The notes under the pieces were generated by a model. The model made no database searches, was not told the DNA's origin, and saw only the letters and a list, made by a program, of their open reading frames with translations. A program made the translations under genes and the position numbers. A stretch of DNA of 64,000 nt, taken from NCBI RefSeq assembly GCF_004010195.1, contig NC_057719.1, positions 67,979,873 through 68,043,872 on the forward strand, written 5' to 3'. Numbering within the stretch: the first letter of the stretch is position 1; each line of letters opens with the position of its first letter. Positions 1 to 11,950 of the stretch are shown piece after piece. Source of the DNA: Chiloscyllium plagiosum (taxonomy: Eukaryota).

Positions 1-2099
1 GCTAATTAGGGGGATTGCGTTGTTGTTAGGTCATTGTGCTTACTTCCCAGGTTAACCCAATCCTTTTATTATGACACTGCAGCAAGGGAAAAAAAGAAGT
101 TACATATACCACTTCAATATTGCAGTAATCATTATTTGAAAAATAGACTCTGAACAATAAATTACATCAGAAATCCAGAAATAGCTACCAATTACTGTTA
201 TAATTTACACCTGAATTGTATAATTAAAATGCCATTATTCAGAACATGAAAAACCTCATCTTAGCCAGGCCCGATGATTCATGTTTTAGTATGTTCTGCT
301 GTACTCCTTATCAAATAAGTGTTTCCAAAGTTTTTTGCAATATGCTGCAACAGACAGCTCAAGACCCATCATGTACTCTGTAATTTGTTCCATTTGCGAT
401 CCATGTTATGCACACATACTTGAATGTATCAACACAAGAATTAGGAGTTAAATACTACCTTATGCTATTTAAAAGTTATATTTGACCAACACAATCTGAA
501 TTGAAAGTTAAATCATCCATTGAATCAGTATCCTTGTATTCACATAGTGCATCCATCCAGTACTCACCTTTCCACCCCCTCCTTCAAGGGCTAACTCAAA
601 TAGGGGAAGCAGATGGTGTTGACATTCCACTTCTCCATGTCTTTCCTAATGATAAAGCATGATAAACAAGCAAAATGCATCATTCAAGCAGGAAAAGGCA
701 GAAACCATCAGCACTCTTTGCACTCTAGAGATGATAGAAGTGTCTACTGCAGTGCAATGAGTTGAAAACCCGCAAAACTTGGTGAATAAAAATCAATGCT
801 CAATGCTATAGCAACTCCCTCTCACCCCTCCCCAATATAACATTAATGTATTACAACAACTTGCATTTATTCACCTGCTTCAATATCAAAAAATTATCCC
901 GTAGTGGCAGAGGAAGTAAAAGAGGTGCATTTCACAAACTGAAGACATCCGACAACGTTTAACAATCAATGAATACTTTTTATTACAAAAATATACTTCA
1001 TTTATAAATTAGCTATGAGTAAATATAAGAAGTACAAAACAGTCTTGGAGAGACTTTGCAGGAAACACAGTAGAATTTTGACATTCCTCATTTGTGCTTC
1101 AATCCAGTTGCAACAAATAAAAGCATTTTCTAAACATGAAAGGAAACTACTTACATTCATAATAAGGCTATGAGAGTGTCTCAAAATGAGTAACTGAACT
1201 CTCATTATATTTTGAATGAAAGACTTTAACCCGTGGGCTGTCCCACCTGCACCTTGCTAGCATCTGCCCCAAGCTTTAGTGCATCCCACAGCATGTAGTC
1301 CTGGACCTTGGTTTAGCAGTCAATGAATTACCTCTGAAGTGATATGATGCAGCAAATTGTGGCAGTCAGCAATGGGAAAAATAGTAGTGATAAATGACGA
1401 GAGAACCCACTGCAGTGACATTGACTTAGGGATCCATTTTGGCCAATATTAATAAGAAACTATCTTTAGTCTCCTTTGAATGGTGCCATGGAAAAGGGCA
1501 CAAACTCACAGCCCTCTGACTCATCAACAGTCTGAAAGCCAGTAATGAAATGGTTAATATTTCCCGTTGTTTTTGGGTTCACAGTTAAGCTTTATTTCGC
1601 ATTTGTTAATGTATTGTAATCCTCAGTTATATGATCCAGAAGCATAGGGTCATAGACACATAGAACTCAGCTTTATCTTTCACGTGGTTTTATCAAATCT
1701 TTGGGGGTTGTTTCAGCTGCCTGCCTGAAGTTCAAACTTAAATGAGACAAAAAATTTTATAGTTTAGCACTGTATCAACAAAGCAAAATGAATTATTTTT
1801 TGATGTTGCCAGTGCCTTCATTCTTTTAATCTTTTCAGTTGCCACCTTGAGCTAAATCCAAAGGTTTAGAACCCAGAATTCAGTCCAAATGATAACAGAG
1901 TTCCCTGTCCCCAATTACTTTTCCTTTCACCTTCTGCTTTTGCAAAAGCCCTGGTCAAATCACATCTTTAATTACAATTTCTCTAATGTTTTCCTTCTTT
2001 GAGATGCCCAATAAAAACGTACATTTGGTTACGGTTACCCTCTTTCACAATAACTGACAAGAAATATAGACATAGCGCAGAGAAGTGGAATTGAGGTAA

Positions 2100-2830
2100 A
2101 AAGGTAAAGTTGCCATAACCATACCAGACCATAGGGCTGATGTCTCATTAGAGGGAGACAACTGGTGATGGTTTAACCGGAGGATTAGAGCTGAAAATGT
2201 GTTGCTGGAAAAGCGCAGCAGGTCAGGTAGCATCCAAGGAACAGGAGAATTGCATTTCGGGCATAAGCCCTTCTTCAGGAATGAGGAAAGTGTGTGCAGC
2301 AAGCTAGGATAAAAGGTAGGGAGGAGGGACTTGGGGGAGGGGCTTTGGAAATGCGACAGGTGGAGGGAGGTCAAGGTGAGGGTGATAGGCCGGAGTGGGG
2401 TGGGAGCGGAGAGGTCAGGAAGATGATAGCAGGTTAGGAAGGCGGTGCTGAGTTCAAGGGATTTGACTGAGACAAGGTGGGGGGAGGGGAAATGAGGAAA
2501 CTGGAGAAATCTGAGTTCATCCCTTGTGGTTGGAGGGTTCCTATGCGGAAGATGAGGCGCTCTTCCTCCAACCGTCGTGTTGCTATGGTCTGGCGATGGA
2601 GGAGTCCAAGGACCTGCATGTCCTTGGTGGAGTGGGAGGGGGAGTTGAAGTGTTGAGCCACGGGGTGGTTGGGTTGGTTGGTCCGGGTGTCCCAGAGGCA
2701 TGCCTCAGGCAAGGGGCAAGATTGAGAAGGAGAAACGTTTCTGGTAACCTTAGGTGGTGCAGGGATTGAGCCAAAACTGTTGGCATCACTCCACATTGCA
2801 AACCAACCATCAAGCCAACTGAGCGAATTG
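2100..2830 (-). mobile_element. tRNA-head SINE-like repeat, split by a Penelope-like insertion (2187-2698)
   Basis: 2130-2186 and 2699-2830 join up into the reverse complement of the element at 3030-3345 (shared ctctcattagag.gag..actggtg.tggtttaa and gcctcaggc.agggg..gattgagaaggag). Family not identified. Confidence 0.6.
2187..2698 (-). mobile_element. Penelope-like retroelement, 5'-truncated (GIY-YIG endonuclease C-terminus plus 3' terminus)
   Basis: ORF 2434-2796(-) contains LWDTRTNQPNHPVAQHFNSPSHSTKDMQVLGLLHRQTIATRRLEEERLIFRIGTLQPQGMNSDFSSF, typical of the end of a PLE GIY-YIG domain. It is followed by the terminus cctgaagaagggcttatgcccgaaa...ggatgctacctgacctgctgcgcttttccagcaacacattttcagctc. 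Confidence 0.85.
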
Positions 2831-3029
2831 ACTCCCTTAGGGAGATGTTCAGCAATAACCTAGTCGAATCATAGACCAGGGTCAGTGGGCTGAATGGCCT
2901 ATTGCTGTTCCTGTTATCCAATATTCAACCTTGGGATATTGCAGTCTACAAAATAAAACAGACCAATACAGTGAGTTCCCAGAAACAGCAGTTTGACAAT
3001 GGCCGTATCATCGGTCTTTGGGAGCATGG

Positions 3030-3345
3030 TTGGTTTCACTCAGTTGGCTGGACAATTGGTTTGTGAAGTTGTGTAATCTCAACAGCATGAGATCAATTCC
3101 CATCACCAGCTGAGATTACCATGAAGGACTCTCCTTCTCAATCTCTCCCCTCGCCTGAAGGACAGTGGCCCTCAGGTTAAATCACCACCAGTCATCTCTC
3201 TTTCTTTCTCTCTCTCTCTGTTTCTCTCTCTCTCTCTACTTCTCCCCTTGCCTGAGGCATGGTGACCCTCATATTAAACCACCTTCAGTCATCTCTCTCT
3301 CTCTCTCTCTGTAATGAGAGAGCAGCCCTACAGTCTGATGACTTG
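3030..3345 (+). mobile_element. tRNA-head SINE-like repeat with an internal ~55-bp duplication and (CT)n tracts
   Basis: A-box-like ctcagttgg and B-box-like gatcaattccc. The block tctccccT(C/T)GCCTGA...ccctca..ttaaa.cacc..cagtcatctctc occurs twice, each copy followed by (CT)n. Inverted relative to the 2100-2830 copy. Confidence 0.6.
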
Positions 3346-3354
3346 AAATCATTT

Positions 3355-3612
3355 ATTTTTTAATGGTAATGTCAGTTGAGTGATGAATATTAGCCAAGAT
3401 ACTGGAGAGAATGCCCTGTAATAATGCATTGGGATCCTTTGCTTTCATCTGAAAGGGCAGCTGTGTGCTTGAATGAATATCTTATTCATTGTCATTCTGA
3501 CAGTGTGGCACTCTTACTATATTGCAATGGGAGTGTCAGTATACAAGTTTCTAGAGTGGAGATTGAACCTACAATCTACTGACTCAGAGGTGACAGTGAG
3601 CTACAACTGACA
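3355..3612 (-). mobile_element. Degraded Deu-domain SINE (SacSINE1/AmnSINE1-like)
   Basis: The reverse strand begins with a tRNA-like head (tcagttgtagc..ctctgagtcag..gtaggttcaatctccactctaga), and the body resembles the reverse complement of 43795-44110. Family recognised from memory. Confidence 0.5.
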
Positions 3613-3710
3613 ACAAATGTCATTCCCCAGAAACTGCAGCTTTCAGTATCTCAACCTGGCATTTAGCTGTACAAAATTCCACATCTGTGCCAAATTTAGC
3701 AGGCTGGCTT

Positions 3711-4037
3711 TTAGATTAGATTAGATTAGATTAGATTGCTTACAGTGTGGAAACAGGCCCTTCGGCCCAACAAGTCCACACCGCCCCGCCGAAGCGCAAC
3801 CCACCCATACCCCTACATTTACCCCTTACCTAACACTACGGGCAATTTAGCATGGCCAATTTACCTGACCTGCACATCTTTGGACTGTGGGAGGAAACCG
3901 GAGCACCCGGAGGAAACCCACGCAGACACGGGGAGAACGTGCAAACTCCACACAGTTAGTCGCCTGAGGCGGGAATTGAACCCAGGTCTCTGGCGCTGTG
4001 AGGCAGCAGTGCTAACCACTGTGCCACCGTGCCGCCC
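3711..4037 (-). mobile_element. HE1-type (V-SINE) elasmobranch SINE, full length, young
   Basis: The minus strand starts gggcggcacggtggcacagtggttagcactgctgcctcacagcgccagagacctgggttcaattccc (A/B boxes). It has the V-domain ctgtgtggagtttgcacgttctccccgtgtctgcgtgggtttcctccggg, a CR1-like tail and an (AATCT)n end. About 10 differences from the copy at 63262-63578. Confidence 0.93.
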
Positions 4038-4061
4038 ACTTTTAATTGGGCGCTTTTAATC

Positions 4062-5154
4062 TCTTGCTGTACCTTGTATTTGTAATTGGACTCATCATAT
4101 ACAACAGGGATGGCCTCCGAGTTCTTCACAGCAATGCAGAATGCACAAGACACTGAACAAAAGAGGAGCTATACGGGGTGAGTTCGAGGGAGGTGTACGG
4201 TTCTTCCACTGTTGAAGAAAAAGGTGTAAGTTTTGTTTACAGAAAGAATGGAGATGACTAGCTGGAGTGAAATGGGGAGGGAGTTTCTAAACAGTCTGAA
4301 TATAGTCAATGAATCGAATGCAAAACCTGATTCTTGCACTAGGCAGACCACAACCTGAATACTGTGAACACTTTGGTCCCCTTATCTAAAGAAAGCACTG
4401 AAGGCAGTCCAGAGAAGGTTCACACAGTTGATTTTCTTGTGTAAGTTGGATTGTTTTCAATGGAGTTGAGAAAAATGAGAGAAGACTTCACTGTAACACA
4501 ATAGATTCTTTAGGGCTTGGCTGGGTATATGCATCGAGGGTTTATTTTCCCCCTTTTGGGAGATTTTAGGATCAGAAGCTATAAACACAGGGTAAGAAGT
4601 TGCCCATTTCAGTCAGAGATGAGGAGGAAATTTTCCTCACAGAAAGTGGTGAATAGGTGGAATTATTTTAACCACAGAGGACTTTTGAGGCTGGGTCATT
4701 AAATATACTCAAGGCTGAGATAAGATTTTTAATCATTAAGGGAATTAAAGGTTATGGGGAAAATTCTAGAAAGTGGAGTTGAGGATTATCAGGTCGGCCA
4801 TGATCTCATTGAATGGCGGAGCAGATTTGATGGGCCAAATGGCCTACTTCTCATACAATATGACTTATAGTCATATTGTCTTAGGCCAACCATTGTAGCA
4901 CCTTTCTCAATGGCTATATTCAGACTGTTTAGAATTCCCTTCCCATTTCAGTCCACCTAGTCATCTCCATTTTTTCTGTAAACAAAACCTAGACCTTTTT
5001 CTACAACAGTGGAAGACCGTACACCTCCCTCCAACCCACTTGAACAGCTCCTCTCTTGTTCAGTGCCTTGTGCATTCCGCGTTGCCGTAAAGAAGTTATC
5101 GCCCATTCTTGATGTATATGATAAGCCCAATTACAAATGCAAGGTACAGCAAGA
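4062..5154. repeat. Long imperfect inverted repeat: arms 4062-4312 and 4907-5154
   Basis: tcttgctgtaccttgtatttgtaattgg... (left) is the reverse complement of ...ccaattacaaatgcaaggtacagcaaga (right). The arms are colinear over ~250 bp, and the ORF track shows mirror peptides at 3956-4153(-) and 5009-5248(+). Confidence 0.92.
4338..4882 (+). mobile_element. CR1-type LINE 3' fragment
   Basis: Decayed ORF2 end (LVRPHLEYC.QFWSPYL-like; gagatgaggaggaaattttcctcacagaaagtggtgaat) and CR1 3'UTR gatgggccaaatggcctact...cttatagtcata. Confidence 0.85.
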
Positions 5155-5979
5155 AAAGCCAAAAAGTCTGTTTCATGGAATAAAAATTAATCCAAAGCAA
5201 TTACAGTACTCTTTATGTTTCAGCAATAAAAATGTTGACTGCTTATAATTAGCAGGAATTACCCACCTGCTACATAGCCATTTTGTTAATTCACTGGTGT
5301 CCAACCACAGTAAATCAGGGGGAGGTTGTGGCCTCCAGAAATGGTAACCACGTACCTTTAGGAATGGGCACCCATTATGAAAAACAGGTGGCAGCAAAAC
5401 GGCTTTGTAGGTATTTGTGCATCTTGTATTAATAAAATCTTCAAATAGCCCAAGTAGAAAAGGGCAAGCTGATACTCAAAGGACCTATATCATCTCATGG
5501 AAGGAGGGAAGGTGATATGATGCTAGATGCAGCTGAGGACAGCCAAACCATAAAGATTGTATGATGTTATCTATAGGGAGATAGTCTCAGTGTTTCTATA
5601 TGAACTCACTCTTTATGAATATTGTCAGAATTTCTTTACTGGAAGTCATATGGCACGTTTCTGCTTACATAGATTTACTTGATGCAACCATACTCCTGTC
5701 ATGCAATAGCATTATCAATGTGGCAATATCAATGTCTAGGCCAGAAAAATTGGCTTGTGAACCTGAAATATTTCAATACATGGGCCCTTTAATAGTGGTG
5801 GATAAGCTATCATGATATTAAAAAATAGTGAAACCTGGGAAAATTATTCAGTTACTTAGAGGCAGTTCAAACTTATGGGCTAATGTTGCAGTATTATTAT
5901 ATCTGAACAGGGAATAGTATATTAAATCTAGATTTCGTTCCTTGTTTGAGTTACCAAGGTTTTTTTCTTCTTAATATCT

Positions 5980-6560
5980 CATAGCAGTAGTTGTGTGATG
6001 TAGCACATGGAGTCAATATGGCACAGGTTGCATGCATAAATCAACCTTAATTTTAAGGTGGGTGGCAGCAAGTAAACAGTACTGAATATAGACAGAGAAA
6101 AATAGACTAAAACAGAGTGAAGGATGCAGTGTACACAAATAAGCAGCTTAATGCATCTTGGCACACAGTGTAAGCCTTGTAGGAGCTCGAAGAGCCTCAG
6201 GCAATCTGTGAGTTGAATAGCAATTTTATTACTTTGTCATTAAACCAATTTCACAGCAGTATTGTTTGTTAATGAGCAGCAGCAAACGAGTGAAGATGTC
6301 ACATAGTGGAATAGCAGTGAGATTTGTGACCGAGGACTGCATCACTCAGATGAAAAGGCCATCGAAGGCTATAAAAAGGAACAATTTAGGGGGGAAAAGG
6401 CAGTCAGTCTGATATTTTTTGAGCTAACAGCTGTAAGAATAATGTCAAAATAAAACTTGCTAAACCAGCTACAAGAGCAGCATAGCAGGTCATGCTTTTG
6501 CACTGTTAGGCAAGGGGAAAGAGCATCTGTTTGACTTGCCGAAGTTTATCCATTACCGTT
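5980..6560. promoter_or_regulatory. Candidate conserved non-coding element (intronic enhancer)
   Basis: Non-repetitive block with PBX-HOX site ATAAATCA (6036-6043), FOX site GTAAACA, TGTCA half-sites and SOX-like AACAAT. It resembles MEIS-locus intronic CNEs as I recall them. Conservation not tested. Confidence 0.55.
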
Positions 6561-8664
6561 TGTAAAATAATAGATTCTTTTGTTTAAGGACACCCAGATT
6601 ACCAGAAATCTTTGTGTAATACAACACGTGAGTTTGGAAAATACCTCATTGAATAAATAAATAATATTATTCTCACTGCTGGTTTTTTGTAGAACTGAGA
6701 GTATAGATATCCCTACTGCAACAATTCCCCATCCTGTGAGATTTGTGGTTCAAATATGTAACTTGCTTCAGTGCAAAGAGCTTTTGGCCTTGTATCAACA
6801 CAAATTGCAATGGTAATTCTGCTGTGTCACAAAAATACATCTCAGCAAGGCGGATCCACCTCTAGAGGGCAAGCTCACTTCGCTTAGGATCACTTAGGCA
6901 GTATAACTGCAGTCTAGGATGGTGCTTTCTGCAAAGCATGCTAAATGCAATATGGTACTGAAAAGGTCCAACTCTGATTGTCACACAAACCGTGAACAGT
7001 CTTGAGCAAGTTATGCATTTTATCTTTGAGGTCATATTTGCATTGGACAGTTTGATAGAAGCTTCAGTGAAATCCCTGTTTTCTTTTAATGAAGTGCTCA
7101 AGCATCCTCTCAAAAAGGGATAGGTTACAGAAATTTGACTTATATTTCCTTGAACAAAATGTTAAAGTGATTTGGCAGGCTACATATGGAAAACTATTTC
7201 CACTCAGGGTATCAAGAATGAGAGGATGTAAAATTAGGTCTAGAATATATAGCTGCACAGTGAAGTGTATGATAACATAAAGAGTATTCGAAATCTGGAA
7301 TTCTCTCCCAACCATGATGTAATTTAATAGCTGGGCTGTCTTGAAGGGGTAAATGGTCCTGCTCCTGTTCATCATGTTTCTGCTCCAAACCACATTAGAA
7401 TTGAAGTAAAGCTTTAGTATTGGTACCATGGGTTAATCTATCTTTGTTACTGCCTGGCTAAAATTCTCTTCAGGGCCAGCGTTGATCTTAACAATCGGGG
7501 GATTTCAGCAAGACTTTTTATGCCTGGCAGGCCAAAAACAACTGGCTGACCTGTTCTAGTTGGCAATTTTTCAAGCATATCTTCCTCCCAGGGTGCTATT
7601 GGATAGAATTGCCAGACAGATCAATTCACTTTAGATTCCTGCCATTATATATTTTCCCTATTCTTATGACAATACAACAAATGCATAAAATGCCATATCA
7701 GCTCTTCTGATGTCAGAAGGAGAAAAGGAGTAGAGTCTAAAAGGAATTTGAAATTCTTGCATTTGTTTACCAGAGTACCTGCCGGTTTCACAAGTGAGAG
7801 CACATTTCAAAGTAATTGGTAAAACCAGTGATAGCCAGCTTGTAGTGAGCAATCATTTAAGCTGGAGCACTGTATTTGGTAAAAGGTGAAGATAAATTGA
7901 ATTAAAGAGGATTCCAGAAAAGGTCTGATGCTATCAAACCTGATTGGACACTCTGATAGAGGTGATGGTTTGTGAATGTGTTAATTAAACTCTTCCAGTG
8001 GCTGAGTGCTGCCGATAGATTTCCAACATTCAGGTAGGAAAACTATGTTGACAAAATCAGCTCAATTATAGCTTAAGGGCACTTTTACTTTGTGCTTAAG
8101 GTTGCTAGGTTACTGCAGTAAGATTTATGTTTTGCTTATTTTTACAAAAAGAAGCTGTGCGCTATAGTTCTAGTTCAGCCTAAATTGACATATATTGTTG
8201 ATTAAGCAGAATTTGGAAGAAAATGGGGAGGTATTAACACCGAGCCATTAGATAGATAGTTAAGAGACTGCCACCACAGGGACTAGGACTAATAGTCACC
8301 TGTCTTAAGTGGTTAGGTCTAGACATCAGTTTCTGATCCCTTGTGTGGTAAACCTTGCTCTCCAATAATGTTGAACCAAGCATGTACGAAAGGGAAAGAA
8401 CCAGCTTGATATTCAAAACTAAGAACTATTTGTCCATTTCAAAAAAGAAAATGTGGAACTAATTCATATTATAACCTGATTTAGTTGTAGTCCTGAATAT
8501 TTAGCTACAGCTCAAAATTTGCTTTAAAAGGTGCTCATCAATACTATCATAATATGCAATTACCTGAAAAAATCTTATCACAAGATATTAAGAAACACGG
8601 AATTTACACGGAATGTTCATTAGCTCTTTATCTTGGATATGAAAGTTTTATCAAAGTAGGTTGT

Positions 8665-8899
8665 TGTAGTGATTGCAACAAGGTCAGCCAGATGGAGATC
8701 ATAGAATAAGAGTTCCCTGATTGCAGCTGTTAACCTGGCCCAATCAGGGAGCCCTGTCTGACAGATAAGAACAGGAGTGTCAAACATCCTGCTCACTCTG
8801 AGAGCTAGCTCTGACAGAATTGAATCAGTTCAGTGACACTCCACGTGTAAATAGAGGGTGACCTGGGGACGGGATACCAGCCTCTGTCGGATCATTTCA
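8665..8899 (+). mobile_element. Probable short solo LTR
   Basis: TG...CA bounded ~235-bp unit with inverted CAAT boxes (tccctgattg...caatcaggga), TATA-like gataagaa and a degenerate poly(A) signal gtaaataga. No target-site duplication resolved. Confidence 0.45.
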
Positions 8900-11289
8900 G
8901 TCAACTTCTTCAATTTGTCAGTAAATTTGTCTCAGCTACAGGGCTGATGAGGTCTGTAGAAAAAAACATAATGGTGAGATAGAAACTCTAAAATAGTGCC
9001 CCCTTTGGGATATTACAAATATTATCATTTAACCCTGTCTAAACTTGCACTTATCCATAGATATTTATTTTCAAAAGCTGACATATCAACATTGTTTGAT
9101 GAAACTGAGATGTAAATGCACACATTAATTATCATGATATCTGGTGGTTTTGTGTAACTTCACCTTATTTGACTTCAGCAAGTGATGAAGAAGCAAATTG
9201 GATAGTGCACACCAGTCATGAAAATAGTGAGTCAGTGATGGCTCATTGCATTGCATTCTTCTGCTCTATAACCATGATAGTGAGCAGTTCACCTCAGGCT
9301 AACAACCAGGAAACCTTTCAATTGCAAAGCCTATGTTTTAGTGACAATGCTTGAAACATAGAGATAAGAGAATGTCATTTTGGGCAAACTGTTTCATATA
9401 AACTAACAGTTCTGGAGTATTGGTGCTTCCTGCATACAAGAAGTCACCGGGTTAGGACATATTTTAAAGAATACGCTTTCTTCTTTGTAAAATAAAGCTA
9501 CTGTTGATTCTTTAATTTCAATTAAAACAAGTAAGGATTGGAAAGGAGTAGCTTTGAACAAGCATACTTGAGACATAACAAGAATGAAAAATAGGGAAAG
9601 CATTATACACTACTGATATTGTAAGACTCTGAAAACTTGATTCAGTGGCCTTAGGGACGAACCTGACACACCATCTCTACAACCAGTATCTTCTTTCATT
9701 TGCACTTCCTTGACAGTTAGGCTTTGTGGCTTTTGCCTTGGGATTTGGGAGCAGTCTGACTGGTCTGTTGTTTCAATCCAGTATTCTACCAGCAGGTACA
9801 AATTTAACTCTGATCCCACTCCCACATTCAGTGCTTGTATTTAATTGTGTCTGGCTCCTAAAATGCATTTTATAGTGCAAGTGTGAGCAATGCTTGTGTG
9901 CATAAATGTTGCATTAATTCTTACTTCTATAGTTACAACCTTTGATTTGATTCCTAAGATTATTAGTTGCTTGTCTTACAGACATGTCTTTAAGTAGATG
10001 ATACTTTCAGAGACTCAGGGTGTTTTAAATAAAGCTTGAGTAGGGATGGTTGGGCATGGCAGTGATGTTGGGTGTTATTGATCAAACAATTATCACTTTA
10101 CCCCTGTCTTGTATAGAATTGCCCTGTTGTTGTTGCTCAGCAAATAATAATTTTAAACTCTGCCAATGTACAGTACAGGTTGCTTGCTGCCTATTATAAT
10201 GACAGAGCAACAACTCTCTGTGGAGTCAATCAGTCCCATAATTGAGATATTTTCCACTCTGTTCCTGATTCACTGCTCTTCTAAATGACACTTGCAGGAG
10301 TACTTGGAGGTCAGACACTTCAGTTTATTGACCTGAACTGGTATTTTCAAGGATTCGTAAGGTAGGCCAGGCAGCTGAGTACAAAACCAAAACAACCATT
10401 TTCTGCAAAATATTAAAAATGACATTTTAAAAAGAAACAATTTCATGTGTGTTATTATTATGAACAAAGTTTGTTAAATTATGAATATCTCAAAATTTTT
10501 CAGGAAAGATTTTTTAAAAATCCATCCCAAAAGTTTTGACTTTGGGATTTACTGTATTTAAACCCATTAATATAATCTCTAATCCAATCAAATTATTTAT
10601 CATGACTGAATGAAAGTAGAGTATTGATTACATTTTGTTTTTACCATCATGGATGATTAATGGCAAACCATCTTAATCACATCAGATTTATCTGGAAAAG
10701 AAAGATGACCATTGACTCAATCCGCCTTCTTTCACTGAAACATATCTCTATGCCATGCTCTGGAGACGACAAGCTAAAATGAAAGGTGTGCATGGTGACG
10801 TATTGTAATGGAGAATAGTTCATTTTACTCCAGCAATATACATGTCAAAATTGCAAGTGACAATGTTTTTGGACTGGGGTTAATTGATCTACCCCGAGAA
10901 AGGGGTCTTCGTCTTGATTTGCTCTATGAATCCTGAAAGATTTTTGCCTGACTGGCAGCCAGACAAATATAAAGTAACCTTTTTAATCCGTATCCTTTAG
11001 ATCTTATGGCTTTAATAAACGAAAAAAAGAGGAAAAGTGTTCTTGACTGTGAATGAGGCTTTGGAGGTCAGCAGAAAAATGAAGTACACTTCAGGCAAGA
11101 TTTGCCATTGGGGAAGGATGGATTTTTTTTCTTGGTATGGAAATGGGTAGTGTGTATGCAGGTTGGACGAGTTGGTTGCCACAATAAGGCTCCTTTCATA
11201 CAGGTGTGTTTATGCCCCAGGCGTGTTGGCCACAGTCCATTCAATGTACAGAAGTTAAATTGAACAATAACAACTGAATCTCGAAAGGT

Positions 11290-11950
11290 GAGCATCAGAA
11301 GAGATGCCTGAGAGCTGTCTCGGAGCCAACGAAAGCCTGTTGCAGTTGTCAGAGCTTGTTGATGTTGCAGTGAACAGAGCAGTTTTGCACCAGATTTTGT
11401 GGTTCTGCCTTAGGAAAGAAAGTAAAATGGAACAGAAGAACAAAGTCCTGGTACATAAATCAGCAGTTGCTCTTTGCCAGATCAAAGGAGTGACATTCTC
11501 GCTCCTGGTCTGCTTGTCCACTTCAGGTGGTTGATGGACAGCTAACAGCTGGCCCTCTGTCGATGATAACTGAACCATGTTTCCTTTTGTGGAATTAATA
11601 AGGAAGTCTATCATAACTGAAATAGAAAAAAATCAAAGGAAAATTGAAAGTATTAAATTATGTGAGCACCTTTACTTTAAGGCCAAATCTGGAGGAATTA
11701 ATTTTCCTCATCTTGTTAATTATGACCAAATTACATTAAAACCTTATCTGCCAATTTGTGCTTCTTGTGTTATTAAGTCATCATATAAATGTTGTCACGT
11801 CAAGTTCACTTCTGGAAGGAACAAGAATATTCAGGTGTTAAGGTTTAAATTATTTTATTTTGTTCACTTGTCAGCAGACTCTTACACTTTCCCAGCCAAT
11901 GAACATTTAATTTGTTGTTTTCTCTATAACTGTAATTACAATGTCTCAAT
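11290..11950. promoter_or_regulatory. Candidate conserved non-coding element
   Basis: ATAAATCA (11455-11462), TCF/LEF site AGATCAAAG (11479-11487), TGATGGACAG (11532-11541), several TGTCA and E-box CAGCTG in repeat-free sequence. Confidence 0.5.

Noticed and set aside
2045..2921. Long ORFs 2045-2701, 2524-2769 and 2583-2921 as genes
   Set aside because: Alternative frames of the Penelope fragment and flanking SINE.
3960..4037. tRNA gene
   Set aside because: The A/B boxes belong to SINE heads; no full cloverleaf seen.
3736..4059. Recurrent peptide DCGRKPEHPEETHADTGR (also at 43512, 54561, 63379)
   Set aside because: Antisense translation of the SINE V-domain, not a gene family.
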